From Segatella copri (GTDB lineage Bacteria; Bacteroidota; Bacteroidia; Bacteroidales; Bacteroidaceae), in assembly GCA_021618535.1 (NCBI GenBank), contig JAJWAL010000001.1, forward strand, positions 5,503-69,502: 64,000 nt of DNA, in the 5' to 3' direction. Shown here piece by piece: positions 22,601 to 30,935 of the stretch; position 1 is the stretch's first letter; every line of letters begins with the position of its first letter. Position numbers and translations under genes: made by a program. The notes beneath the pieces were generated by a model. That model searched no databases and was not told the origin of the DNA. It was given only the letters and a program-made list of their open reading frames with translations.

Positions 22601-24188
22601 TAAATATAAAAAGGTGGATAATAACCAGATCAGAATCATCTCAAAGGTAGATACTGCCATGAAGGTGAAACTCTCCGTACTGGCTAAGGAACCGCTTGAT
22701 GATAAGAAATGGTATAAGGGATTGCAGTTGGCTAGTCGTCTGGCAATGATGGTGCGCAATGTGAGCATCAACTATCGCAGCAGCTATCAGCTCACCCTGC
22801 CGGGCTTCTTGCCTAGTGTGGGTGATGCCTTCGGACAGAAGAAGGTGGGGCAGATGGCACCGGGTCTTGACTTCGCCTTCGGTATGGTTGGCGACGATTA
22901 TATCGAGAAGGCTAGAAACAACGACTGGCTGCTCTGCAACGACAGTATCGCAACACCTGCTACTACCAGCAGAACGGATAATCTTACGTTGCGTGCCACC
23001 CTGGAGCCTGTCAAGGATTTCAAGATTGATCTCTCTGCCACACGCACCAAGACCACGCAGAAGAGCATACAGTATATGTATGAAGGAACGCCAACTACCC
23101 AGAGTGGAGCCTTCCAGATGACTACCATCTCGCTGGGTTCGGCTTTCGAGGGAATGGGCAATGCCAATTCGGGGTATCGCAGTAAGACCTTCGAGAAGTT
23201 TGTCAACTCGCTGGCTGGTTTCAGAGATAGGGTAGAGGCTCAGTATGCAGGTACCGTTTATCCGGCTGGTTCGGCTCTGGCTGGCGGCAAGTTTGATGCT
23301 TCCCGCACACCGGTCAACCAGTATAGCAGCGATGTCATGATTCCTGCCTTCCTCAAGGCTTATACCTTGATGGGTGGCAATTCGCTCTCGGTATTCCCGG
23401 CATTGAGTCGGATGTTGCCAAACTGGACCATCCGTTACAGCGGACTGGGACGTCTGCCTTGGTTCAACGAGCACTTCAAGAGTGTCAACATCAACCACTC
23501 TTACAAAAGTGTCTTTGCAGTTGGCAGCTACAACAGTTACAGCACCTTCCAGGAGTATATGAACGGTCTCGGCTTCGTGAGTGATGCCACTACGGGCAAT
23601 CCGTCGCCAAGCAGCATGTTCAACATCTCGCAGGTAAGTATCAACGAGTCGTTCTCGCCATTATTGGGTATGGATGTCACATTCAACAATAATATGACGG
23701 TGAAGGCAGAATATCGCCAGACCCGTGTGTTGAACCTCAGTATGACGAGTGTGCAGCTGAACGAGGCATTGAGTAAGGACTGGGTAATCGGTATGGGTTA
23801 CCGCATCAACAACTTCGATGTTTTCGGTTGGGGCGCCAAGGCCTCCCGTTCCAAGTCGAAGGGCGGCAACAAGAATGCAGCCAATAAGAATGCGTCGACC
23901 ACCAAGATGGTTCAGAATGGTACCAACCATGATCTGAATCTACGTCTTGACTTCAGTTTCCGCAAGCAGGCAGCCATCGTTCGTGATATTGCCTCAATGG
24001 TAAGCAGTGCCAGCAGCGGCAACAATGCTCTGAAACTGAGTTTCTCTGCCGATTATACCTTCAGCAAACTCCTTACCATGAGTTTCTATTATGATCGTCA
24101 GACCAACACCCCGCTCCTGTCGAGCAGCAGTTATCCTACCACCACACAGGATTTCGGTCTGAGCATCAAGTTCTCGCTGACGAGATAA
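16650..24188 (+). CDS. sprA: Type IX secretion system outer-membrane translocon SprA/Sov
   Basis: 2512 aa with signal peptide; GKEDEIIKLVEAGNVS, YIDDFEG, WGGMMR, IEYIEFWMLDPF, SIRFMRMFLTGF; downstream of ruvA as is typical in Bacteroidota. Confidence 0.93.
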   Translation: MKQKQRFISFLLAWLMVATFGYAIALPQLQDDKKKTHTSTAQPVQLDEDTIPDSLLHTRWQIQRTQPYSLSDLYQSPLDLKRPDNLQYQVVYNDTLDRYIIGNRMGSTWLSAPIMLTPKEYLAWTEQQQRNSYFRKQNDEIFQAKGKEKFDFSDMHFDLGPAEKIFGPGGIRVKTQGSAELKFGINKKNIDNPSLPIRNRKTTMMDFDEKINLNVNGKVGDKVNMNLNYNTDATFDFDAQNMKLKYDGKEDEIIKLVEAGNVSFPSNSSLIKGASSLFGVRTDMQFGKLKLQMVASQKKSASKSVSTRGGVQLTPFELNVADYEENRHFFLSQYFRNHYDAWMQKLPNLTTGITINRVEVWVTNKTGNTTNTRNIVALTDLGENQKLSNPMWAASGQVPSNQANTEYAAMNSQYAAARDIDQAATTLDGGGLVGGADYEKLESARLLNSSEYTVNTALGYISLKTSLQTDQVLAVAYEYTSGGVTYQVGEFASDLSDTKQALFVKSLKNTSNNPRQGNWGLMMKNVYYLASTVEKEKFRLDVKYQSDTTGVYLSYIPEQQVKEQPIIRVLGADRLDNNNKAHSNGYFDYVEGYTISNGRVFIPKVEPFGSYMRDYLVKRGVAADKAEKYAFTELYDSTKTVAKQIAEKNKYQIVGQFKGSAANVISLDAYNVPQGSVVVTAGGVTLKEGTDYSVDYSAGEVTILNQSIIDAGTAVNVSLESNTDFGQTRKTMFGLNWEYDFTKNFQLSGTIQHLSEQALTTKVSMGSEPLKNTLWGINLNWRKESQWLTNVLDKIPFLHLTQPSQISFTGEFAQLIAGEAGGTQDNASYIDDFEGTKTTIDVTTPTSWFISSVPSLNFKDDYSDKTGLSSGFHRSRLAWYTIDPLFTRRGSSLTPGHIKGDLKQLSNHYVREVYTKELFPLRDQSSYQGATNTLNVLNLAYYPSEPGPYNFNVTDLQADGTLLNPQRNWGGMMRKLDTNDFEQANIEYIEFWMLDPFIYSREEADAADYGGDFYINLGEVSEDILRDGKKFYESGMPVDGSKSYTYTQWGKIPTQSTVTYAFATTSGSRALQDVGFNGLTDAEEQEFYKSAYLDQIQGKVNQAVFDSIFADPARDDYHYFRGSDWDEMRAPILQRYKYINNPQGNSPDSDSRSESYDTSYKSTPDVEDINQDYTLNEYEKYFQYRVSIRPEDLVVGNNHIVDKREYSQTWRDNTKSTVTWYQFRIPIDEFESRQGNINDFSSIRFMRMFLTGFKKPIVLRFGTFDLVMGKWRTYDQPLGAASGGTLDASSVSLEENGEKTPVNYVLPPGIRREQDPSQPQLVEANEQALSLVVKNMSTGEAKAVYKNSTLDLRQYKRIQMFAHANALEQNTTRLQDGDLSVFIRLGSDYKNNYYEYEIPLKLTEPRSNYNRYVLADCKAVWPEENMLDVPLSVFTALKKNRNKAKAQGVASYLAPYSMMDAEHPQNKITIVGNPSLGEVKTMMLGVRNNSADIKSGEVWINELRLKEHNNSGGWAANANLNVQLSDLGSVNATGRYISEGFGGLEDGVASRTTDNYGTYSVTTSLEMGKFFPDKAKVSIPLYYSVTKEKTTPKYNPLDTDMELKDALDAAGSKHERDSIENIAATKITQTNFSISNARVGIATKRHPMPYDPANFSFTYSHQHQYTTGETTMYERKDNWRGALDYSWSPVYKAWEPFKGLKNKSKWLDILKRFGLNWLPQNIAFNTEMTRDYYELQERDMETLMSGAAGVDSKLPLTFSEQFLWNREFSINWDLTKNLHMNFQSATHAQIEEPYTPVNKDLYADQYHAWKDSVWTSIRHWGAPLDYSQNFQASYKVPLNLLPVFDWVNSDASYNANYSWERGTEDEEGNSYGNTINTQRELTLNGNFNLVKLYNHVPFLKKVNDKFDRTQSRAQMQRKKQEKKKKKQEAKEQAADPKKALPKNKRAFEREITLLPDTTFKIRHGKNTKRLIVNAKTEDGKVFPLKYKKVDNNQIRIISKVDTAMKVKLSVLAKEPLDDKKWYKGLQLASRLAMMVRNVSINYRSSYQLTLPGFLPSVGDAFGQKKVGQMAPGLDFAFGMVGDDYIEKARNNDWLLCNDSIATPATTSRTDNLTLRATLEPVKDFKIDLSATRTKTTQKSIQYMYEGTPTTQSGAFQMTTISLGSAFEGMGNANSGYRSKTFEKFVNSLAGFRDRVEAQYAGTVYPAGSALAGGKFDASRTPVNQYSSDVMIPAFLKAYTLMGGNSLSVFPALSRMLPNWTIRYSGLGRLPWFNEHFKSVNINHSYKSVFAVGSYNSYSTFQEYMNGLGFVSDATTGNPSPSSMFNISQVSINESFSPLLGMDVTFNNNMTVKAEYRQTRVLNLSMTSVQLNEALSKDWVIGMGYRINNFDVFGWGAKASRSKSKGGNKNAANKNASTTKMVQNGTNHDLNLRLDFSFRKQAAIVRDIASMVSSASSGNNALKLSFSADYTFSKLLTMSFYYDRQTNTPLLSSSSYPTTTQDFGLSIKFSLTR

Positions 24189-24253
24189 AAAGAAAATTCA
24201 CCAGAACCAATAGGTAGAAAGAAAAATTCTCTAATTCTCAAATTCTTGAAAAT

Positions 24254-24292
24254 AAAAAAAGCTCGGATGCATCACAAGCATCCGAGCTTTTT
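24254..24292. terminator. Bidirectional terminator sprA/nadB
   Basis: A-run GCTCGGATGC loop GCATCCGAGC T-run. Confidence 0.85.
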
Positions 24293-24312
24293 AATATTCT
24301 GATAATTCTTGA

Positions 24313-25902
24313 TTACTCCTTGTCGTAAGCATGAACAGGGTAGTCGATGGTATAGTGGAGACCACGGCTCTCCTTGCGTTCTATCGCCATGCGGGTGATG
24401 AGATAACCCACGTTAATCATGTTGCGGAGCTCGCAGAGTTCCTTGCTTACCTTTACACGTTTGAAGAGGTTTTCTGTCTCTTCGTAGAGAAGATCGAGAC
24501 GGTCCCATGCTCGCTTCAGACGGAGGTCGCTGCGCACGATGCCTACATAGTTGCTCATGCATTCGCCCACCTCTTTCACGCTCTGTGTAATCAGCACCTT
24601 CTCTTCGTTGGTCAAAGTACCTTCATCGTTCCATGCTGGTACCTTCTCGTTGAAGTCGTACTCATCTACATGTTCAATACTGTGCTTGGCTGCAGTCTCG
24701 GCATAAACCACAGCCTCGATGAGCGAGTTGCTGGCAAGACGGTTACCGCCATGCAGACCGGTGCATGAACACTCGCCTAGGGCATAGAGACGGTTGATGC
24801 TTGAACAGCCGTTCAAATCTACCTTGATACCACCACACATATAGTGAGCGGCAGGACGAACAGGGATATACTCCTTGGTGATGTCGATGCCGATGCTCAG
24901 ACACTTGGCGTAGATATTAGGGAAGTGACGCTTGGTCTCCTCTGGATTCTTATGGGTTACATCGAGACAGACATGATCCAATCCGTGAATCTTCATCTCT
25001 TTATCGATGGCACGAGCCACGATGTCACGAGGAGCCAGACTCAATCGCTTATCATATTTCTCCATGAAACTTTCGCCGTTAGGCAGACGCAAGATGCCAC
25101 CGTATCCACGCATCGCCTCGGTGATGAGGAAGGCAGGATGAGTCTCGCCCGGATGATAAAGAGCGGTTGGGTGGAACTGGACAAACTCCATGTCGGCTAC
25201 AGTTCCCTTGGCACGGTATACCATTGCCTCGCCATCACCCGTAGCGATGACAGGGTTGGTGGTAGTCTGATAAACGGCACCACATCCACCGGTACACATC
25301 ACGGTAACCTTACTCAGATAGGTATCCACCTTCTGGGTATCAGGATTCAATACGTATGCACCGTAACAGTTGATATAAGGAGTGCGGCGAGTAACACGGG
25401 CACCCAAGTGGTGCTGAGTGATAATCTCCACGGCGAAATGATTTTCCTTGATATCGATATCCGGACAGTTGCGCACAGCCTCCATCAGACCGCGCTGGAT
25501 TTCTGCACCCGTATCATCGGCGTGATGAAGGATGCGGAACTCGCTGTGACCGCCCTCACGGTGGAGGTCGAACTTGCCGTCCTGCTGCTTATCGAAGTTG
25601 ACGCCCCACTGCACGAGCTCCTTGATCTGCTCCGGTGCCATGGTGACAACCTGCTTCACAGCTTTATAATCGCTGATATAATCACCAGCAATCATCGTGT
25701 CTTGAATGTGCTTGTCGAAGTTATCCACTTCCAAGTTGGTAACTGACGCAACACCACCCTGTGCAAATGACGTGTTCGCCTCGTCGAGAGAGGTTTTGCA
25801 AATCATACACACCTTACCTTTATGCGCTCTGGCTACTTTCAGGGCGTAACTCATACCGGCAACTCCTGAGCCGATAATCAGAAAATCATACTTATAAACC
25901 AT
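24313..25902 (-). CDS. nadB: L-aspartate oxidase
   Basis: IIGSGVAG, AQGG, EGGHS, QFHPT, GLHGGNRLASNSL, ESRGLHY. Confidence 0.96.
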   Translation of the reverse strand: MVYKYDFLIIGSGVAGMSYALKVARAHKGKVCMICKTSLDEANTSFAQGGVASVTNLEVDNFDKHIQDTMIAGDYISDYKAVKQVVTMAPEQIKELVQWGVNFDKQQDGKFDLHREGGHSEFRILHHADDTGAEIQRGLMEAVRNCPDIDIKENHFAVEIITQHHLGARVTRRTPYINCYGAYVLNPDTQKVDTYLSKVTVMCTGGCGAVYQTTTNPVIATGDGEAMVYRAKGTVADMEFVQFHPTALYHPGETHPAFLITEAMRGYGGILRLPNGESFMEKYDKRLSLAPRDIVARAIDKEMKIHGLDHVCLDVTHKNPEETKRHFPNIYAKCLSIGIDITKEYIPVRPAAHYMCGGIKVDLNGCSSINRLYALGECSCTGLHGGNRLASNSLIEAVVYAETAAKHSIEHVDEYDFNEKVPAWNDEGTLTNEEKVLITQSVKEVGECMSNYVGIVRSDLRLKRAWDRLDLLYEETENLFKRVKVSKELCELRNMINVGYLITRMAIERKESRGLHYTIDYPVHAYDKE

Positions 25903-26135
25903 TGAGTTTATTCTTATCTAATTTCAATTTTAAGAACGGGTGTTTTTATCTATAAAACCGCCCCATTCTCTCAGAATTAATTCTTAATTCGTTGCAAAAG
26001 TAATAATTAATCTTTAAAATGAGTAATAAGAGAGGGATTTTTTGTAATTTTGCAGCGAAATTTAAGGTTATATAGTCTTTTAGACTATCAAAAGGTCGTA
26101 AAAACGACAATAATATAAGGTAATAAATCAAAGTT

Positions 26136-26540
26136 ATGGCAGATAGAACTTTTCATAAGCGCTTTACGCTGACGGCACGTATCGGTGTGGCGGTGTTCGC
26201 AATCCTGGCTCTCTACTTCTTCTGGGTCAAACTGGCTATCATCGGCATCTTTGTGGCTATCATCATCGTGGGCATGATAGAGCGCATACTGAATACAACC
26301 TATACCTTCAAGATGGTAAAACCGATAGACCTCGATGAGGAGATGGAATATCTCATCATCAATGAGGGCAGGTTCTCTTCCAACAGAAATGTGCCGCTAT
26401 GTGATGTCATTGATGTACACATCGCCAAGACTTTCTTCGGATTAGACCATTGTGTGATCATCGAATACGGGCATAAGAATATAGTGACCGTTCAGCCGGA
26501 TAATGAAGAGGCATTTATGGAGAGAATCAAAAATAAATAA
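26136..26540 (+). CDS. Hypothetical membrane protein (two TM helices plus soluble domain)
   Basis: 134 aa with N-terminal hydrophobic hairpin; preceded by TAATTTTG box at 26045; heads dacB run. Confidence 0.7.
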   Translation: MADRTFHKRFTLTARIGVAVFAILALYFFWVKLAIIGIFVAIIIVGMIERILNTTYTFKMVKPIDLDEEMEYLIINEGRFSSNRNVPLCDVIDVHIAKTFFGLDHCVIIEYGHKNIVTVQPDNEEAFMERIKNK

Positions 26541-26567
26541 TTTCTTATAAGTTCAGGTGAACTGATT

Positions 26568-27851
26568 GTGATGAAAAAGATAATATATATGATGTTGGGT
26601 CTGATGATGGTATGGATATCCGTACCGGTGCAGGCCCAGAATGTGATTGAAGATGAGGGAATAGAAACGGTTGATGAGGAGGATGTTTCCGACTCTACAC
26701 TCGTTGACTCCCTGGCAGCGGATACGCTGACTCAGAAATTGCCTTGGCCCGAATCGGTGAAGGTGGGTATTGATAAACTCCTTGAAAGCAAGATGTTCGA
26801 AACATCACAGGTAGGACTGATGGTCTGGGACCTGTCTGCTGACTCTTGTATCTATCAGAGAAATGAACGACAGCTGATGCGTCCGGCAAGTACGATGAAA
26901 CTCCTGACTGCCATTACGGCGCTCGATAAGTTGGGCGGTTCTTACCAGTTTAAAACCACTCTGAAATATACCGGTACCATTGAGAATGGGGTGTTGACGG
27001 GTAATGTCTATTGTATAGGCGGTATGGATCCCCGTTTCAACAGCGATGATATGTCGGCATTTGTCAATAGTCTGAAGGATATGGGGGTTGACACCATCCG
27101 TGGCAGCATCTATGCCGACCGCTCTTTGAAGGATGCCGACCTGTTGGGTGAAGGCTGGTGCTGGGATGATGACAATCCGGTGCTTTCGTCACTGGTGTTC
27201 CAGCGCAAGGACATCTTTATGGATAAGTTTCTTGCCAAGCTCCGCGAGGAAGGCATCGAATATTCCTGCTTTGGGGCTTCAGAGAAGACTTGCCCTGCGA
27301 GTGCCTTTACGGTCTGTACCCGATTCCATACGATGGATCAGATTCTGCACAAGATGATGAAGGAGAGTGACAATCTCTATGCCGAGAGCATGTATTATCA
27401 GATTGCGGCTTCTACGGGCAATAAATGGGCGAGTGCCAAGAGTGCCCGGAATGTGGAAAGACAGCTTATCCGTAAGATAGGACTCGATCCGGCAAGATAT
27501 AAACTGGCTGACGGCTCGGGACTTTCGCTCTATAATTATCTCAGTGCCGAACTGGAGGTGAAGTTGTTGCGTTATGCTTATCTCAACGGCAACATCATGG
27601 ACCATCTGAAGCATTCGCTGCCTATCGGTGGGGTTGACGGTACGTTGAAGAAGCGTATGAAGAATAGTTTTGTGCATGGTAATGTGAAAGCAAAGACGGG
27701 TACGCTGACGGGCATCATCTCATTGGCGGGTTACTGTACCGCAGCCAATGGTCATGAACTCTGTTTCGCCATCATCAACAATGGTATCATGCATGGCAAT
27801 AATGCCAGACACTTTGCAGATAAAGTATGTACTTTGCTCTGCCAACCGTGA
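26568..27851 (+). CDS. dacB: D-Ala-D-Ala carboxypeptidase/endopeptidase (peptidase S13, PBP4)
   Basis: PASTMK (SxxK), SDN, DGSGLS, KTG motifs. Confidence 0.93.
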   Translation: MMKKIIYMMLGLMMVWISVPVQAQNVIEDEGIETVDEEDVSDSTLVDSLAADTLTQKLPWPESVKVGIDKLLESKMFETSQVGLMVWDLSADSCIYQRNERQLMRPASTMKLLTAITALDKLGGSYQFKTTLKYTGTIENGVLTGNVYCIGGMDPRFNSDDMSAFVNSLKDMGVDTIRGSIYADRSLKDADLLGEGWCWDDDNPVLSSLVFQRKDIFMDKFLAKLREEGIEYSCFGASEKTCPASAFTVCTRFHTMDQILHKMMKESDNLYAESMYYQIAASTGNKWASAKSARNVERQLIRKIGLDPARYKLADGSGLSLYNYLSAELEVKLLRYAYLNGNIMDHLKHSLPIGGVDGTLKKRMKNSFVHGNVKAKTGTLTGIISLAGYCTAANGHELCFAIINNGIMHGNNARHFADKVCTLLCQP

Positions 27852-27890
27852 GCGTTAGTTGATAGTTTATAGTTGATAGTTAATAGTTTT

Positions 27891-29144
27891 ATGGAGGAAA
27901 TTCGTAAGTTTGTAGATGAAATGATAACATGGGCAGGAGTCACCGGTGATTTTGTGCCCATGCTGCGCCATATTTTGCTCACCATTACTGCCATTCTCTT
28001 GGCGATGTTGAGCGATTTTCTTTGTCGCAAGATACTGGTTCCGCTCATCAGTAAGATTACTGATAAGACGGACATCACTTGGGATGATGTGCTGCTGAAC
28101 AAGAAGGTGCTCACCTCGGCTTGCCATATTGTGCCGGCTGTGGTGATATGGTCGCTCATGCCACTGATTTATCTGGAGTATCCGATATTCAAGGAGATAT
28201 TGGAGCGGGCTACGGGCATCTATATCGTGGTGATGTCGGTGCGTACGGTTCTGGTCTTCATCGGGTCTTTCAAAGGACTGGAGGATTCTCAGGAGCGACG
28301 CTCGTCGGCTCAGCAGTATTTCCATACTTTCTGCGGTGTTCTCAGGGTATTGATGCTCTTTGTGGCTGGCGTGGTGGTGGTTGCCATCCTGCTGGGCAAG
28401 AGTCCGATGACCCTCTTTGCCGGTTTGGGTGCTACCTCGGCTGTCCTGATGCTGGTCTTTAAGGATACCATCACGGGATTGGCGGCTGGTGTGCGTCTTA
28501 CCAGCAATGATATGTTGCATAAGGGCGACTGGATAACGGTGAAGTCGGTGGATGCCAATGGTATCGTTGAGGATATGTCACTCACGACCGTGAAGGTGCG
28601 CAACTTTGATAACACCATCGTTACTATTTCGCCTACTACCCTGGTGAACGGTTCGTTCCAGAACTGGATTGGTATGCAGAAGAGTGGTGGAAGAAGAGTG
28701 AAACGTGTGGTTTACTTCGATTTCCGCAGTGTCCGTCTGGTAGATGATACTTTGAAACGTAATCTGCTTGCCAAGCATTTTGCCACCGAAGATTCGTTTA
28801 AACTGAAGGAATCGTTGCAGAAGGCGATAGATAAGGATATGCAGGAGGGGAAGGATATAGAGAATTTAAAGAATCCGGCAGCCCTTGCTCCTACCAATCT
28901 CCAGCTTTATCGCAGGTTTATGGAGAAATATCTGCGTCAGCGTCCGGAGGTCAATACCGATCTCACGCTGATGGTTCGCCACATGGAAGCTACCCAGTGT
29001 GGTCTTCCTATCGAGTTCTATTTCTTTATCAAGGATAAGGTATGGGTAAATTACGAACATATCCTTGCCGATATCATGGAACATGCCTATGCCTTGGCGA
29101 ATGAGTTCGGCTTGAAGATTTACGAGCAATATCCGGAACAGTAG
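27891..29144 (+). CDS. MscS-family mechanosensitive channel (YbdG/MscM-like)
   Basis: GLGATSAVLMLVFKD, GDWI, TTVKVRNFDNT, GGRRVKR; ATG 27891 (ORF opens 27873 inside a heptamer repeat). Confidence 0.9.
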   Translation: MEEIRKFVDEMITWAGVTGDFVPMLRHILLTITAILLAMLSDFLCRKILVPLISKITDKTDITWDDVLLNKKVLTSACHIVPAVVIWSLMPLIYLEYPIFKEILERATGIYIVVMSVRTVLVFIGSFKGLEDSQERRSSAQQYFHTFCGVLRVLMLFVAGVVVVAILLGKSPMTLFAGLGATSAVLMLVFKDTITGLAAGVRLTSNDMLHKGDWITVKSVDANGIVEDMSLTTVKVRNFDNTIVTISPTTLVNGSFQNWIGMQKSGGRRVKRVVYFDFRSVRLVDDTLKRNLLAKHFATEDSFKLKESLQKAIDKDMQEGKDIENLKNPAALAPTNLQLYRRFMEKYLRQRPEVNTDLTLMVRHMEATQCGLPIEFYFFIKDKVWVNYEHILADIMEHAYALANEFGLKIYEQYPEQ

Positions 29145-29179
29145 TTACTTTGAACTTTGAGATTTGAACATTGAACTTT

Positions 29180-30220
29180 ATGAATAGTTTTTCTGCTGTC
29201 ATTATCCGTTGGTTTCGTGAGTATGGTAGGGACCTGCCTTGGCGCGAAACCAAGGATCCTTATGCCATCTGGCTGAGCGAAATCATCCTTCAGCAAACCC
29301 GCATCGCACAGGGATGGGAATATTGGGAGCGGTTCATGAAGACCTATCCCAAGGTTGAAGACTTGGCTGCTGCCAGCGAGGATGATGTCTTGAAACTCTG
29401 GCAGGGATTGGGGTATTACTCACGAGCCCGCAACCTTCATGCTGCTGCTAAACAGATAGTAGAGCTCGGTCATTTCCCTGATACGCTTGAAGGTATCAAA
29501 GCCCTGAAAGGGGTGGGCGATTATACTGCAGCAGCCATCGGTTCTTTTGCCTTTGATATTCCGGCGGCAGTAGTAGATGGCAATGTGTACCGGGTTCTTT
29601 CACGTTACTTCGGAATAGATACTCCTATCAACTCAACGCAGGGGAAAAAAGAGTTTGCTGCGTTGGCTCAATCACTCTTGCCTGCTTCGTCTGCTCAGCA
29701 ACTTTCTGATACAGCATTATCGCCTGTTGCTGCCTATAACCAGGGCATGATGGATTTCGGAGCTATTCAGTGCACTCCCCAATCTCCGAAGTGTCTTGTC
29801 TGTCCGCTTGCCGAAACCTGTGAAGCTTTGAGAACTGGAAGGGTAGAGGAGTTGCCGGTGAAGAACAAGACACTGAAGGTGAAAACGCGTCATCTCTCCT
29901 ATATATATATAAGGTGTAAAGGCGATGTGGCTATCCACCGTCGCGGTGAGGGTGATATCTGGCAAGGATTGTGGGAACCATATAACGCATCAGATGCTCC
30001 GCAACTGCCTGCCTTTGTCCATAATCCTCTTCTTCTGGCTAAGGATGTGAAGCATGTACTTACCCATCGCATCCTCCTTGCCGACTTCTATCTGCAGGAA
30101 ACAGAAACCCGCCCCCTGCTCCCTGATGATTATATCTGGGTGAAAGAGGACGAGATAGAACAGTTTGGTGTTCCAAGGTTGATAGAAATCATGTTGGAAA
30201 TGGTTCAAGCTAAATCATAA
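29180..30220 (+). CDS. mutY: A/G-specific adenine glycosylase
   Basis: RDLPWR, SEIILQQT, GLGYYSRARNLH, VDGNVYRV, Fe-S motif CTPQSPKCLVCPLAETC. Confidence 0.95.
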   Translation: MNSFSAVIIRWFREYGRDLPWRETKDPYAIWLSEIILQQTRIAQGWEYWERFMKTYPKVEDLAAASEDDVLKLWQGLGYYSRARNLHAAAKQIVELGHFPDTLEGIKALKGVGDYTAAAIGSFAFDIPAAVVDGNVYRVLSRYFGIDTPINSTQGKKEFAALAQSLLPASSAQQLSDTALSPVAAYNQGMMDFGAIQCTPQSPKCLVCPLAETCEALRTGRVEELPVKNKTLKVKTRHLSYIYIRCKGDVAIHRRGEGDIWQGLWEPYNASDAPQLPAFVHNPLLLAKDVKHVLTHRILLADFYLQETETRPLLPDDYIWVKEDEIEQFGVPRLIEIMLEMVQAKS

Positions 30221-30224
30221 AAAA

Positions 30225-30256
30225 GAGGGTGTGTCATAAGGCCATGACACACCCTC
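30225..30256. repeat. GAGGGTGTGTCAT...ATGACACACCCTC hairpin (dispersed family, bidirectional terminator position)
   Basis: Related copies at 33558-33589, 59421-59448, 60282-60313. Confidence 0.8.
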
Positions 30257-30300
30257 TCTTATTTATATATTTCTGTTAGACATTTCGTCTCAAGCAAGAA

Positions 30301-30843
30301 TTAGTAATTCTGTGCTTCAATCTGGAAGTAGCTCTGTGGGTGATTGCAGACTGGGCAAACCTCAGGAGCCTTCTTGCCTACTACGATATGTCCGCAGTTG
30401 CTGCACTGCCAGATGCAGTCGCCGTCACGAGAGAAGACGAGCTTGTCCTGTACGTTCTTCAAGAGCTTGCGATAACGCTCCTCATGATGCTTCTCGATTT
30501 CAGCAACCATCTCAAACTTAGCTGCAATCTCTTCGAAACCTTCTTCGTGAGCCTCCTTTGCCATGCGTGGATACATATCGGTCCACTCATCGTGCTCACC
30601 ATTGGCAGCAGCTTCCAGGTTCTTCTCTGTATCCTGGATAGCACCGCCCTCCAGATACTTGAACCACAACTTAGCGTGCTCCTTCTCGTTAGCAGCTGTC
30701 TCCTCAAAGATATTAGCTATCTGTACAAAACCGTCCTTCTTAGCCTTACTTGCGAAATATGTGTATTTGTTACGAGCCTGTGACTCACCAGCGAAAGCCT
30801 CCTGGAGGTTCTTCTCTGTCTTTGTTCCTTTTAATTCCTTCAT
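30301..30843 (-). CDS. rbr: Rubrerythrin
   Basis: [12 protein letters not shown], two ExxH motifs, C-terminal CSNCG...CPVC. Confidence 0.95.
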   Translation of the reverse strand: MKELKGTKTEKNLQEAFAGESQARNKYTYFASKAKKDGFVQIANIFEETAANEKEHAKLWFKYLEGGAIQDTEKNLEAAANGEHDEWTDMYPRMAKEAHEEGFEEIAAKFEMVAEIEKHHEERYRKLLKNVQDKLVFSRDGDCIWQCSNCGHIVVGKKAPEVCPVCNHPQSYFQIEAQNY

Positions 30844-30935
30844 AATGTATTCTGTATTAAGTTATTAATATGTTCTTTATTATTATCGGATGCAAAGATA
30901 TTGAAAATATTTCAAATATACAAATAAATTAAGAA

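Noticed and set aside
17106..23930. Long antisense ORFs inside sprA (up to 411 aa), likewise within trkA, dxs, nadB, eno, glnA, anSME
   Set aside because: Shadow frames from codon bias of the real genes; no recognisable motifs
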